Shown: positions 39,350 to 53,008 of the stretch, piece by piece
Position numbering within the stretch: the first letter of the stretch is position 1
How the letters are laid out: each line of letters starts with the position of its first letter
Source: Haliotis rufescens
Taxonomy: Eukaryota
NCBI RefSeq assembly: GCF_023055435.1
Contig: NW_025963857.1
Span: 23,808,001 to 23,872,000, forward strand
Direction: 5' to 3'
DNA: 64,000 bases
Notes under the pieces: generated by a model
Database searches by the model: none
Seen by the model: only the letters and a program-made list of their open reading frames with translations
What the model was told of the DNA's origin: nothing
Program-made: the position numbers and the translations under genes

Positions 39350-40457
39350 GGATACCCCGCCATTCTTCTTAGAGGGCCTAGATCAGTTCTTGTCGGTTGA
39401 CAGGAGGATGTGGTCGCTGTCGAACACGACAATCCATGCAAACCCCGAGTTGTTCTATTGGGGGCATGTCTGAGGAGCGAGCAGGCCACGACAAGGAAGT
39501 TCTGTATGATTCGGGATGTAGGGAGTCTGGCGTTGTCATGCTAATAAAGGACACTACGTGGCAGCTGCTATAGAAATGGTCGGACAATCGGACGAAGAAC
39601 GTCATCCATGTAACACTGAGCTGTCAAATGTCCGTTAACGATGACCAGTGGTGTTCGCTCCTGCCTACAAATCAATCCCCACACCATAACACCAACTCAA
39701 CCATACGGCACGACCTCCTGAACACAACATGCCGCCGTTCGTTCTTCCCTTCGGCGGTAAACACGCTGTCTTCCATCAGCTCTAAACTGACAGAACTGGC
39801 TTTCATCAGTGAAGACGATGTTGCACTGGCAATAATAGTCCTCTGTAAGGTCTGTAAGCCCTAACTTATTTAGCCCTGGCCACTGCCTGTCGAGTAAGCA
39901 TATACCTTAAGGCATCCGTCGCTGATGTCGTCACTGTCAGGAATCGATTCCAGAGATGCAAAGTACGCAAGTACCGGTCTTTATTAGGCGTAGTTACCCT
40001 GGGTCTGCCTGTTCTTGGCATGTCTGATGTCTGTCCGGTCTGTCTGTAACGTTGCATCAGGTTAGTTACAGCAACACGGGAGCATCAAAAGTTCTAGCAA
40101 TATGGGCATGGGTGGCTCCCATCTGTATCCTACCAAGGGCCCACTCGCGGTGTTCGGGTGTCAGTCGTGGCATTTTTGTGATGGTTTCTTATCAGTGTGT
40201 GTGTCTGACTTGCCATACCGTCTGTATCAGTTACATACCCTTATTGCACGTGTAGTTTCGGCTGCCCAAGCGGCACGTGTTTTTCACCTCTTCGCATTTT
40301 CGGCAAAAAAACATCCCGTGAACGTGTGTCACTTTCTGCAGAGGGCATTGTTGTGTTTGGATGATGTGTTTTGAATTGATCCCGGTCGAACTTGGTTTTT
40401 TTTAATTTTTGCAATTTCATTTTTAAAGTGGCAAAGTTTTTTTTGTTCGGCAGTTTG
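39350..40457 (-). mobile_element. Degenerate Tc1/mariner transposon with a frameshifted transposase
   Basis: Fragments MPRLTPEQREWA.., RYRQTGQTSDMPRTGRPRVTTPNKDRYL, IVFTDES..DGRQRVYRR, VMVWG, WPARSSDMPPIE. Confidence 0.85.
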
Positions 40458-40976
40458 TGTGTGCGTGCATTCGTGTGTGCGAAAATAATGCGTTATGGGT
40501 ATAAAGGTACTTATGAATCACAACAGTGAGGCAGGGGCACGGGTGGCCCAGTCGTCTACGGCGCCGCGATTCGCTATGCAGAGTTGCGTCCCTTGGGCTC
40601 GCCAGAAACCTATGATTGTGGGTTCGAATCCTGGTTTGCCCCAAATATGTTTTAGGTTTATCAGCACCATACCCGTGCTCGTGGGTTTCAGCGCAGTGGT
40701 AAACGTCTGAGTCCTGCATCACTTCGGGCTTTCCTCCCACATTAAGCTGGCACGCCGTGATATAACTGGAATACTGTTAAAAGCGGCGTTAAACCCAACT
40801 CACTCACTCACTACAGTGAGGATTACATATCTTCGTGAAAAGACATGCATCACATGTGTATAATTAAGAAAATTCAACCATACTGATAACAACCTATTAT
40901 ATCAACACAGTCATTTGGCTGTATCGCCGACCCATGTATCTGATACACATTGTCGAAGATGTTATCTCTGTCCAAG

Positions 40977-43907
40977 ATGGCGTCATGTTGTAGGACTCTC
41001 CTCTTGTTCATTGCACTTGTCTCTACCGGATCCGTGTGGGGTCAATCAACACCAGATCAATGTAAGTATGGTGCTGTCTACTCCCGTCTAGTTGTCTACA
41101 GTTTCTGTTTCATATAGACCAAAACACCGTCTTAGATATTTCCACCCACCTACTTCATCTTACGTCATAATGTATATCACACTGCGCGAAGACCTTGATA
41201 CATGGGTTTTTTAGACACTGATAAATACCTTTCTCATCATATACATGTATATATGATTTGAAACTACTTAATCATCAGGTCTCCAATATTGTCAAACCTC
41301 TATCTAAACCTACAAGGAACGTTATGCAATAATTTACGGACCAATCGATGTATGAAACTTATTTCGTGCTAGGGGAACTCATTTGCATATGTATCAGATC
41401 GTGACTCTAAGTTTATCGGATAAGTATATTGCACAAACACTCAGCAGTATGTGATGAATCATTCGATGAAATATAAAGCGTATTTGTCAAACACGAATAG
41501 ATATTCTCTTCACGTGTTTTCAGTTGTGCTGGAAGAGAACTGTGACAGCACCTTGCCCTTTTCCGAGAGCGTGATATTGTTTGCCTCAAACCTGTATTCA
41601 GTGGAGCAATGTAACCTCTCTATTCAGAGCAGCTTGGAAAACGAAAGGCTCCTCATCGACATCACCGTGTTAGACCTCGTGGACAGCTGCAGCAACACGA
41701 GTCTGGACATCCTAGATGAAAATGGAAACAGCATTGCAGGTATGGAGAGTTTTAATTTCAAATGAAATCGACAAACCTCATTACATATTACTCAGATGTT
41801 GATAGTACGATTCTGACTTTATCATGATCATGTGTTTCTGAATAACTATCAAATAGCGACGATACCAGGTGTTCGCGAAAAGGTGGACGTATCATGTCCC
41901 ACCGGTGCCACCCGTCACAAACACATGCAAAGGCAGGTCAATTGGCCAGAATTTCTCATTTCTGTACTTGTCGAAAATAAGTGATGATTGTGATTATACA
42001 TGGTCAGAGTGTTTGGTGCAGAAGCGTCCCTCAGTCGCGCCCCTTGCTAGTGTGTTGCTCTTCAAATTGTTCACAATAATAACTCAAACGAAATTTCTGC
42101 TTTATAAAACATTCGATGAATAATAATGGCATGTTGCTTCATAATACAGGTCCTCTATGTGAGGAGGATAACGCCCAAGTCTTCAAAGCACCGGGCAACA
42201 CTGCTCAATTTGATTACAAAAGTGACTCTCCGAAAACTAAGGGGAAATCATTGTCGATCCTCATTACTTCGTTCAACATGGGGGTTCAAGGTGTGTATCA
42301 AAGTTGTCATATTTTCATTATTTGTTTTACGATCTGCTAACCGATGTGACTCAGGTTTTAATGTGTCTATGTTGCACTTTAATTAAAATATTGTTTATTA
42401 GTATTGTAAAAAGTATAAATCCTTCATCCACGATAGACCGAAGTGGTAAACGTCTGAGACCTGCATCACTTCGGGCTTTCCTCCCACATTAAGCTGACAC
42501 GGCGTGATATAACTGGAATACTGTTGAAAGCGGCCTTAAACCCAACTCACTCACTCACTCATCCACCTTTAGAGCACTTCATTCAATCATTCAACAAATC
42601 ACCAAGCTAAGACGGGACCCAATCGCACACAACGATCTTAACGTTACGACTATCTTAAGTCAATGTTAACGTATTGGGGTAACGATCGTCGTAGAGTTTG
42701 CTTTGTGGACCCAGGTCCCCAGCACTGTATTGCGTTTCGCAGGAGATATTCCATTTACTAATGCTGTTTTGATCCATGTAAGATGTCCATTTTGATGAAA
42801 GTACTAGATACTGCCAGAGACCACATATCAGTATGGAGGCCACACATAACGTTCCCTTCTGTGCATCAAATAATAATTAATACCAGGCACATGTCAACAA
42901 GAACGAAACAGCATCATAACACAGCAACAATATATTAAGTAAACGTTCCAAATGTATATATTTTTACACTTCCGGTCCCTTCGGACAAAACACCAGGCAC
43001 TAAAAAATCACATTCTGTTGCTTTATCGTTATTAGTTCCGAGAAAGAAACATTCTTCCTCTACAATTATTCTTCACCAAGACTGAATAGGCCATACTGTG
43101 CATATTATGAGAAAGAAACATTCTTCCTCTACAATTATTCTTCACCAAGACTGAATAGGCCATACTGTGCATATTATGAGAAAGAAACATTCTTCCTCTG
43201 CAATTATTCTTCACCAAGACTGAATAGGCCATACTGTGCATATTCTGAGAAAGAAACATTCTTCCTCTACAATTATTCTTCACCAAGACTGAATAGGCCA
43301 TACTGTGCATATTCTGAGAAAGAAACATTCTTCCGCTACAATTATTCTTCACCAAGACTGAATAGGCCATACTGTGCATATTCTGAGAAAGAAACATTCT
43401 TCCTCTACAATTATTCTTCACCAAGACTGAATAGGCCATACTGTGCATATTATGAGAAAGAAACATTTTTCCTCTACAATTATTCTTCACCAAGAATAGG
43501 CTATACTGTGCATTGACACATGCTTATTTCGGGGACCGAATTGTAAACAATTTAAACAGTAAGTAAACCAGTAATATTATCGAAGTCAAAAACCTGTTTA
43601 TCTATTGGTATACACGCACATTTCATAAAGTGTCTTGGTTGTTTTTGTTTCAGGGAAATGTGCTTCGATTGAGTACCAGTGCGCCAACAAACTGTGCATA
43701 CCCAAAGACTTATTGTGCAACGGATACAACGAGTGTTCTGATAACTCAGATGAGAATGACTGCAACGGCCCCGATTACATTCCTCTGGGAGAAAACGCGG
43801 GACTTATAGTTGGTGTGACATTCGCTTGTTTGTTGGCGGTTGCAGTGGCAGCATTGTGTCTGACTAGGCTACTTAGGCATCATCGGGGATATGACAGTAT
43901 TAATTGA
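40977..43907 (+). CDS. Cluster gene 4 (mosaic): signal peptide + CUB-like + LDLa + TM + YDSIN tail, 231 aa; exons 40977-41061, 41524-41739, 42150-42290, 43654-43907
   Basis: Canonical splice sites, all phase 1, 696 nt in frame. Exons 1-3 are closely similar to gene 5; exon 4 is nearly identical to gene 3 exon 4. Confidence 0.88.
43040..43515. repeat. 69-bp minisatellite (~7 units) in gene 4 intron 3
   Basis: Unit GAGAAAGAAACATTCTTCCTCTACAATTATTCTTCACCAAGACTGAATAGGCCATACTGTGCATATTAT. Confidence 0.95.
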
Positions 43908-46900
43908 GTAACCGTTTTAAATAAAGCTTATGTCCCAGAGGATTCTGCAACAGGATGAATGCAAGATTTTGTCAGATTGATGATTACCAGCATACATCTG
44001 TGGCCGCTAATATATGACAGTATGCCTTTCGATGCTATATTCTAATTAAAATAATTAACTGGACTACTTTGTATTAGAGGACCCGTGAAGATCCGGGGAA
44101 GGTCTTCAGCAACCCATGCTTGCCGTAAAAGGCGACTGTGCTTGTCGTAAGAGGCGACTAACGGGATCGGGTGGTCAGACTTGCTGACGTGGTTGATGCA
44201 TGTCATCCATCCCAGTTGCATGTTTGCATTATACATTTTTATATGTAGATGGTCACTGTAGTTAACGAGATACATTTATAAATACCATTCGGGACCACTC
44301 GTTTTATTCCGGGACAATCTGAATGAAGCCCTTCTCGCTATCACTAGTTGTTGAAATACATTAGATGGGAGTTGCAGTATCTCCCGTCGACAATATGTAT
44401 CTTCCTTGCCGTAAAAGGCGACCATGTTGTCGTAAGAGGCGACTAACGTGATCAGGTAGTCAGGCTCGCTGACTTGGTTGGTGCTTGTCATCGTATCCCA
44501 GTTACGTAGACCGATGCTCATGATGTCAATCACTGGATTGTCTGGTCCAAACGACAATCCAGTTGGTCGATTATTTACAGACCGCCGTCATATAGCTGGA
44601 ATATTGCTGAGTGCGGCGGGAAACAACAAACAAACAAACAAACAAACAAACTTTGTATTACAGCAATAAGACGAAGGGACATATGTCATGCCTGGTCGGC
44701 TTGAAGGTACATAGTTCCCCGGTTAGAATCCGTCTGATCTGATGAAATAACAAAACTTACACATTATTTAGAATTAAATATGGTATATCCTTTACATGTT
44801 AAACTCTGCATTCTGATTGGTCCACAATCGGTATCGAATCTACTTTAGATCCTACTTTTGTGAATGGCCTATGTATAAGAAAATGTTTCTTTGAAAGCAC
44901 TGTTCTTCAAACACGACCGAAAGGTATTTTCTGGCTTAATCAAAAAAAGTGTGTAATGCTATTTAAACCAAACAAAAACGACGAAAAACGGCAATGTATT
45001 TCAGTACCATAAAATAGCGTGACATTTATATCTTCTCCTATATATTCTGTTCTATTTTCATACAGCTATTTTTACGTGTATACGTTTACGAAATGTACAT
45101 ACAGATTGACATAATTTATAAGCATAAAGAAATATAAAGTTAGACGTTATATCATTAAAGTAAAACCACGTCTAGCACAGCTAGCGCACTGACGTCACAC
45201 AATAAAGGTACGATTAGATAAATGTCACAGCTTGACCTGTCCGTCCTTTGTGACGTGGTACGTCATTTGTATTTTAAGGATTGCTGATTGACGCCCTAAG
45301 CGACATGCCACCTGTCATGCATGTTAAGTCTCAGCTTCAGTGCAGATAGATAAGCATACCATTCGTGACCAACTCGTGTTATTCCGGGACAAGCCGAATA
45401 GCGACTCGTGCCCCTCTCATGGCCATTTTTGTGACTAGGTTCCGCCTTAGCGCAAACGGGCATACCTAAAACAATTGTCAACTCGTTGCGTAATGGTTCA
45501 CGTATATTTCTCCATTTATTATATATATTTCAGATGCAATTTAAAGGACATCGGGACGTGCGGAATTATACAGTATGATTGAACACATTTAACTGTGTCT
45601 TAGGTATATTTTTAGATGCAAGACATATGTAAAATCAAAAATTATTTCTGAGGGATTATTTGACAAAGAACTCGAAATCATACGCGCATTCTGACTGGTT
45701 TGTCGTATTTTCGCACATAGCATTCATCGAGAGGGGGACGAGTCTTCTTGCAGGTTACGGAAAGGGGCGAGTGGTGACGAATGATAATTATACATGTCAA
45801 TCAGGTACAGTTAATTTATTAACGTCCATTCAAATGAAATTGTATAACATTCATTTCTTATATTGTCCAAATCAGCATGTAGTACGTACTTCTGTAAATG
45901 CATTTACTATCATGTGTAAAGCTTTATAATTGTTCTGGTAAGAGAGAAAGGATGGCTGGAGTGACAGTCGACTCACGGGACTCGGGACTCACGGTCCGAG
46001 GCCCCTTGTCTCACGTTTGGTCGACGCTTACCTGTGTCCGAGTTCAAGGCTCCACGGAGGGCACGGGTGGCCCAGTCGTCTAAGGCGCCGCGATTCGACG
46101 TGCAGAGTTGCGTCCCTTGGGCACGCCAGAAACCTATGATTGTGGGTTCGAATCCGAATCCGATGGGTTCACCCCGATTATGTTTCTAGGTTTGTCAGCA
46201 CCATACCCCTGCTCGTGGGTTTCACCGAAGTGGTAAACGCCTGAGACCTACATCACTTCGGGCTTTCCTCCCACATTAAGCTGACACGCCTTGATATAAC
46301 TGGAATACCGTTAAAAGCGGCGTTAAACCCAACTCACTCACTCAAGGCTCCACATACAATAGTCTTGTTCTATCCCATATGGTCCGCCTATGACCTTGTT
46401 ACGCCATTACTTCCTTAACTATACTTAGGATAAGTACGTGTCAAAAGTAACACTATCGTAGGGTCCGTCATGTAGAGCGAGTGAGTGGGTGAGTTGGGTT
46501 TAACGCCGCTTTTAACAGTACTCCAGTTATATCACGGTGTGTCAGCTTGTGTGTAGGAGGAAAGCCCGAAGTGATGCAGGTCTCAGACCTTTACCACTTC
46601 GGTGAAACCCACGAGCACGGGTATGGTGCTGACAAACCTAGAAATATAATTGGGGCGAACCGGGATTTGAACCCACAAACAAAGGTTTCTGGCGTGCCCA
46701 AGGGACGCAACTCTGCACAGCGAATCGCGGCGCCTTAGACGACTGGGCCACCCGTGCCCACCCGTTATGTAAAGATTAATACACGAGTGTCAGTCAGATA
46801 CCATTTATCTTACAGCGAACAGTGGAAAAACAAGTTGTAAGAGAAATTGTAGCCTGTAGTGTGAGTGCAGTAATAGCGGATCACTTTAGCATCGAATCGA

Positions 46901-48124
46901 TGCATTCCGTCTATTCTCATGATTGCAGTGGCGCATTAATACATAACAGGACGGCCATGAGTGACGTCACCCGACCCTAATGTGACCCTACACAAAAAGG
47001 TTTCCGCCAAGTATATGGATTATCAAGGCGATGATGATAATGCAAACTAGATAAGATCAAATGAATAAAGCCACAAAACCCATTCCATATCCAATAGAAA
47101 TCTCAGCACGATTCTGAGTGTATCACGAGCACGTGTTTATGAAACACTATCAAATAGAAATGATACCAGGTGTTCGCGAAAAGGTGAGCGTATCCTGTCC
47201 CACCGGTGGCACCTGCCACAAACACATGCAAAGGCCAGTCAGTTGTTCACCTGAAAAAACACGGGAACAGACATGTATGGTACAAGTCAAAATAGGGAAT
47301 TGCATCGGACATCATTTTTGTCAGGGATGCGTCAAATTTGGAAATGTCCTCCACATGTCTACCATAAAACGTTTTGAAAGCTTTACTGAGGCCTTGAATG
47401 TTGTAACCTTGATCAAACAACTTCTGATCAAGAGCCTTGGTAGAAAGAGCCCGCTCGATTGTATTTCAAAAGTTGTGAAATGTAAACACCAAAGGCTAGA
47501 GATGCTGGAATATTGCACGACGTGAAGGCAAAGTTGACTATTGGACTGTTGAAGTCATCCCTCTCATCATACAGTCTTGTGGAGAGTGATTTGTCACTCT
47601 GAATCATTATGCATAGATGAGGTGAGGTGAGATTTGGTTTAACGTCGCGTCCAAGATTATTGCACTTATTTGGCGACGTGCATGCACGTGTGTGTGTGGC
47701 TGCTTGTACTAGTCCGGACTGATGCCGATTTAATGTGCTAGCTCACTGAGATACCATGCGGCAGTTTAACATGAATATGCCACTCAGACACAGTATACTG
47801 ACTCCGAGCCGACCAGTCCTTGTTTTAGCCCCTTAATGACGAGCGCCGGACAGGATAATAACAAGTACCGTCTTTTAACGTCTTTTGGTATGACGCGGTC
47901 GGGGATCGAACCCCGGACCTTCCGCTCTCCGGGCGGACGCTCCACCACTAGACCACGGAGTCGGCCAGATCTAAATATGAAACAGATGAGGAGGTCCCAT
48001 TGGTCTCCTTTATTTCTAGTTCAGGTGGGTAAATCAGTGGAGGGAAATTAGCTATTTGATTGTTATAGAACGATATCAGATCATCAATATAACTAAAGCT
48101 TAAGTTACTTCTTGACCAAATTAA

Positions 48125-48371
48125 CTTGTTTAGATTTTGCCAATCCTCGCCAGACGGAAGTCCGTATGCCCAACGCGTCGACGATAATCGGCGACGAGCT
48201 GGGCACGATGTGCTTTTTCTCTATTCAAAATTTCGGCTGATAAATCCAGCGAATGGAACAACGAGGGAGGAAAACTTTCGTCAACATATCGCTGGCCAGT
48301 ATAATGTCCATTCACAATAACCAAATCAGTTCGCCTGCCATGTGTGACGCCGCCCCACACCATGACACTAC

Positions 48372-48402
<31 letters not shown>

Positions 48403-49014
48403 ATACCGATCATGGTCAAGAGTTGTTGCCCTGGCATGCCGCTCGCCGCTACGTCTCCAACAACGTTTTCTGCCATCAGTGAATCGTAGGCAACACCTGG
48501 ATGCGTCTGCAAACATGATGTGACGCCATGGCCGCATCAACCAGTCCCTTGTGTTGCCCAGCCTTCATTTTGTTCTACAGAATATTGATAACAGGAGCAG
48601 ATTTGAATCAATTGCGTATTTTTTAGGCCTGCCACGCCCAGATCTCATTGCAACCCCAGCCGTTGGAGGGCACCTGCCACAGAGTCGAGGAATTTAACTT
48701 TCTGATTAACCAAACGTTTGGACAATTTGAAATATTGACGTCCCCCATCTATCGTACCCACACTCCGCCATTTTGTCTGTTCATTGAAAAAGGCATTTTA
48801 AGCGTGTGCTCAGTTCAGTTGTATTAGTTCCATATAGGCGCAAACAGTTTAGCTTCTGTGCGCACGTGCATTACATGTTTTTCATACACGATGTGAAATT
48901 TCATTGTATTTCGACATTGCGTTCAGATGCAACGCCACAGTATTGTAAATGTACACCTCAACGATAGCCGCTTTCAAATCAGCAGATAGATCCCTTATTC
49001 ATTGCTGGTAGTAT
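48125..49014 (-). mobile_element. Second degenerate Tc1-like transposon
   Basis: WRHIMFADASRCCLRFTDGRKRCWRRSGER..YGGG..SVMVWGG..RTDLVIVNGHYTGQRYVDE. Confidence 0.8.
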
Positions 49015-49125
49015 GTACAAATTGGTAACAACCTGATATATGAACACAGTCACTTGATATCAGTGATGTATCGCCGACCCTGAATCTGTAACACTCTGTC
49101 TCAGATGTTATCTCCTGTTTCCAAG

Positions 49126-51970
49126 ATGGCGTCGTGTTGTGAAACTGTCCTCCTGTTCATTGCACTTGTTTCTATCGGATCCGTGTGTACAAAGACACCA
49201 GAGCAATGTAAGTGTGGTGCTGTCTGTTCCCGTCTTGTTGTCTATAGTTTCTGTTTCATATAGACCAAAACACAGTCTGGGATATATCTAACAACCTACA
49301 TCATCTTACGTGTATATCACACTGCGCGAAGACTTTGATATATGTATTTTTTTAAACACTGAAAAATACCTTTCTCATTATATACATGTATACTTAATCA
49401 TCCGGTCTCCAATATTGTCAAACCTCTATCTAAACCTACAAGGAACGTTATGCAATAATTTACGGACCAATCGATGTATGGAACGTATTAAAAGTATTTC
49501 GTGCTGGAGGAACTCATTTGCATATTTATCAGATCGTGACTCTAAGTTTAGTATATTGCACTGACACTCTTAAGTATGTCATGAAACATAAAGCGTATTT
49601 GTCAACCACCAACATATATTTACTTCACGTGTTTTCAGGGGTGTTCGAAGAGAACTGTGGTGGTATCATGAGTTTTTCCGAGAGTGTGATATTGTTCGCC
49701 TCCGACCTGCATTTTGTGGAGCAATGTAACCTCGTCATTCAGAGCAGCTTGGAAAACGAAAGGCTCCTCATCGACATCACCGTGTTAGACCTCGTGGACA
49801 GCTGCGCCAACACCAGCCTGGACATCCTAGATGGAAATGGAAACAGCATTGCAGGTATGGAGAGTTTTAATTTCAAATGAAATCGACAAACCTCTTTCCA
49901 TATATCGCAGAAGTATCTGCGATTGTACGATTCTGACTTTATAATGAGTATGTGTCTATGAATAACTATGAAATAGTGACGACGCCAGGTCTCACCGGTG
50001 GAACCTGTCACAAACACATGCAAAGGCAGGCCAATTGGCCAGAATGTATTTCTGAATTCTGTACTTGTCGCAAATAAGTGATGATTGGGATTATACATGG
50101 TCAAAGTGTTTGGCTAAGTAAACCAAGGTGCAGGAACTTTCTGAGCAGAGTCGCGTCCCTTATTTATGCAAGGACCCAGGGATCATGGTTTGAGTCCTAA
50201 ATTCGCCCTTAATACGATCCTAGATTTGTTACCAGTTACACAGTTTCTTTGCTCGTGGGTTCACCTTTAGCTCTGAATTCATTACAATACCGTTAAATAT
50301 ACTGGTATCCTGAAAACTCATTATGTTGCTCTTCAAATTGTTCACATTAATACTTAAACGAAATTTGTACTTTGTAAAACATTTGATGAATAATAATGAC
50401 ATGTTGCTTCATGATACAGGTCCTCTATGTAAGGAGGATAAGGCCCAAGTCTTCAAAGCACCGGGCAACATTGCTCAATTTGATTACAAAAGTAACTCTC
50501 CAAACACTGAGGGGAAATCATTGTCAATCATCATGACTGCGTTCAACATGGGGATTGAAGGTGTGTATTAAAGTCCTATTTTCATCACTTATGTTACGAT
50601 CTGCTAACCGTGGTGGCCCAAGTTAGAATGTGTCTCTTTAGCACTTTAATTAAAATAGTGTGTATTGTTATTCTAAAAAGTATAATAACTGCATCCACGG
50701 TAGGCGTATTTCATTCATCTTTAATCAACATTACATTCATTCAACAAATCACCTCGCTGAGACGGAGCCCACTTGCACACAACGATCTTAGCATTACGAC
50801 TATCGTACGTCTGGGTTAAAGTACCGCCTGAGTGGTCTAGTGGTAGAGCGTCCGCCCGGAGAGCGGAAGGTTCATGGTTCGATCCCCGGCCGCGTCATAC
50901 CAAAAGACGTTAAAAGATGGTACTTTTTGTTACCCTGTCTGGCGCTCGGCATTAAGGGGCTAAAACAAGGACAGGTCGGCTCGGAGTCAGTATACTGTGT
51001 CTGAGTGGGGTATTCATGTTAAACTGCGGCATGGTATCACAGTGGGCTAGCACTATAAATCGGCATCAGTCCGGACTAGTACAAGCAGCCACACACACAC
51101 ACACACACACACGTGCATGCACTTCGCTATATATGTGCAATAATCTTGGACGCGACGTTCAACCCAATTTCGCCTCACCTTCACCTCTGGGTTAAAGCAT
51201 GGGAGTTACGGTCGTCGTAGCGTTTGCTTTGGGCACGTGCACCCAGGTCCCCAGCACTGTGTTCGAGTTTCGAAGAGGTGACTCTGGGAAGTCCGGCTCG
51301 GCGATTTGTTGATCGCGACGTATCCCGACGGCGTCATCAATCACTGGTTTGTCTGGTCCAAACTCGATTATTTACGGATCCCCTTGATGTAGCTGTTGCA
51401 GCGTGCAATGACATACACTCGCTTGTAAACCTTTGGCCCCTGTTTCATCCCACATGTGCTTTATATTTTTAAGGCTCTCATTCCTGTATGACAGAGAAGT
51501 GTCGCTTATGTCTTCCAGGGTCGTGTTCCGAGCTTGACTTCCAGTGTGACAACAAACTTTGCATCCCGAAGGATTTGGTCTGCAATAACTACAACGAGTG
51601 TTCTGATAATTCCGATGAAACAGCTGTTTGTAATTCAACTCTAACCTCGACAACTCCGCTCTCGACATCTTCTACTTCCTCGACACCTACTTCTTCCTCG
51701 ACGCCTACTTCTTCCTCGACAGCAACTTCTGCCTCGACACCTACTTCTTCGTCAACTCTGTCATCGCCAAAACCGACATCGGCATCTGCTTCTTCTTCGA
51801 CAGCAGCTTCTTCCTCGGCAGCAACTTCTGCCTCGACATCGACTCCTTCGTCTACCCTGTCCCCGCCGAGACCGACATCGGCATCTCCGCCTGCGACTTC
51901 CCCACTAACACAGATATGTATTGTGGGCCTAACTACGGCATCGATTGTTGTCAAGATGAATTTTTACTGA
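49126..51970 (+). CDS. Cluster gene 5: signal peptide + CUB-like + LDLa + Ser/Thr/Pro mucin-like stalk + C-terminal hydrophobic segment, 296 aa; exons 49126-49207, 49639-49854, 50420-50560, 51519-51970
   Basis: Canonical splice sites, all phase 1, 891 nt in frame. LDLa CSELDFQCDNKLCIPKDLVCNNYNECSDNSDE, then ~85 aa S/T/P/A-rich sequence, ending ICIVGLTTASIVVKMNFY*. Confidence 0.87.
50822..51185 (+). mobile_element. SINE family D (tRNA-derived head, ~350 bp, (CACCT)n tail), representative copy. Others at ~2810-3110(-), 38750-39094, 47618-47965(-), 55310-55427(-), 56853-57202(-), 61442-61776
   Basis: A-box TGGTCTAGTGG, B-box GGTTCGATCCC, central GTCATACCAAAAGACGTTAAAAGATGGTAC; TSD TCTGGGTTAAAG at 50810-50821 and 51186-51197. 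Confidence 0.9.
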
Positions 51971-52833
51971 CTGTCCGGCTTGACATTACCGTTGCAAGGA
52001 TAATAATGAAATTGATCACTGTTGCCTTGCCTTAAGAGTACAAATGTTATCAGAGTTGTGATGTATTTTGGCCTCATTAACACAGAGATCATGACTGTTC
52101 ACTATTCGCCCCTGATCACTACGAAGTTGCACTCACAGTGACATCTTGTTAAACAGGAAGCCTCCCATTCTGAACGATTCCTTTTGGGAACTCGACATAG
52201 CCAAAAGGAAAATACTCCTTCTGAATCGTTAATCCGACTAAGAAACCGGCCATTTGATATTGGGGGTGCTGGGTGGGGGAATTTGTATAGAGGATCCGTG
52301 AAGATCCGGAGTAGAATAGGTCTTCAGCAACCCATGCTTGCCGTAAAAGGCGACTATGCTTGTCGTCAAAGGAGACTAACGGGATCGGTAGGTCAGGCTG
52401 CTGGCTTGGTTGATACATGTCATCGATCCCAATTGCGTAGATCGTTGCTCATGACATCGATCACTGGATTGTCTGGTCCAGACTCGATTATTTACAGACC
52501 GCCGTCATATATCTGGAATATTGCGGATCGCGACGTTAAACAACAAACCAACCAAGTATAGAGACTAGCTGTTTTAAGCTACATATGCAAAACCAGCTAT
52601 TTTTTGTCATTAATACTATGAGCCTAAATATATTTTCACAAAAAACAACATTTGCAACGATGTATTTTATGTGACTATCAAGTTCTCTTTTTTCAACTGT
52701 CAGAAGCACAAAAGAATTATTTCAAGACGGCGATTGGGAGGCGATTCATTTTCAGTATATCAACTAGTCGGTTCCTTTAACATATGTAGGAATAACGATT
52801 TCAAAAGGTGTAATGTCTCTTAGGCTCTGCATA

Positions 52834-53008
52834 CAGCAAACTACGGTTAAAACGAACTCAAAGGGACCACTAATTTCAGTTCGTAATAACCGTATGTCGT
52901 TATAAGCATATATAGAGCTTAACTGCAGCAAATATTTGGGACAAAAAAGTAAGTTCGTTATATCCGTCAGTTCGTTATAAGCGTGCTCGTTATAAACGTA
53001 GTTTACTG
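52834..53008. mobile_element. Tc1/pogo-type MITE with TA target duplication
   Basis: TA-CAGCAAACTACG ... CGTAGTTTACTG-TA, with internal TTCGTTATAA repeats. Confidence 0.75.
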
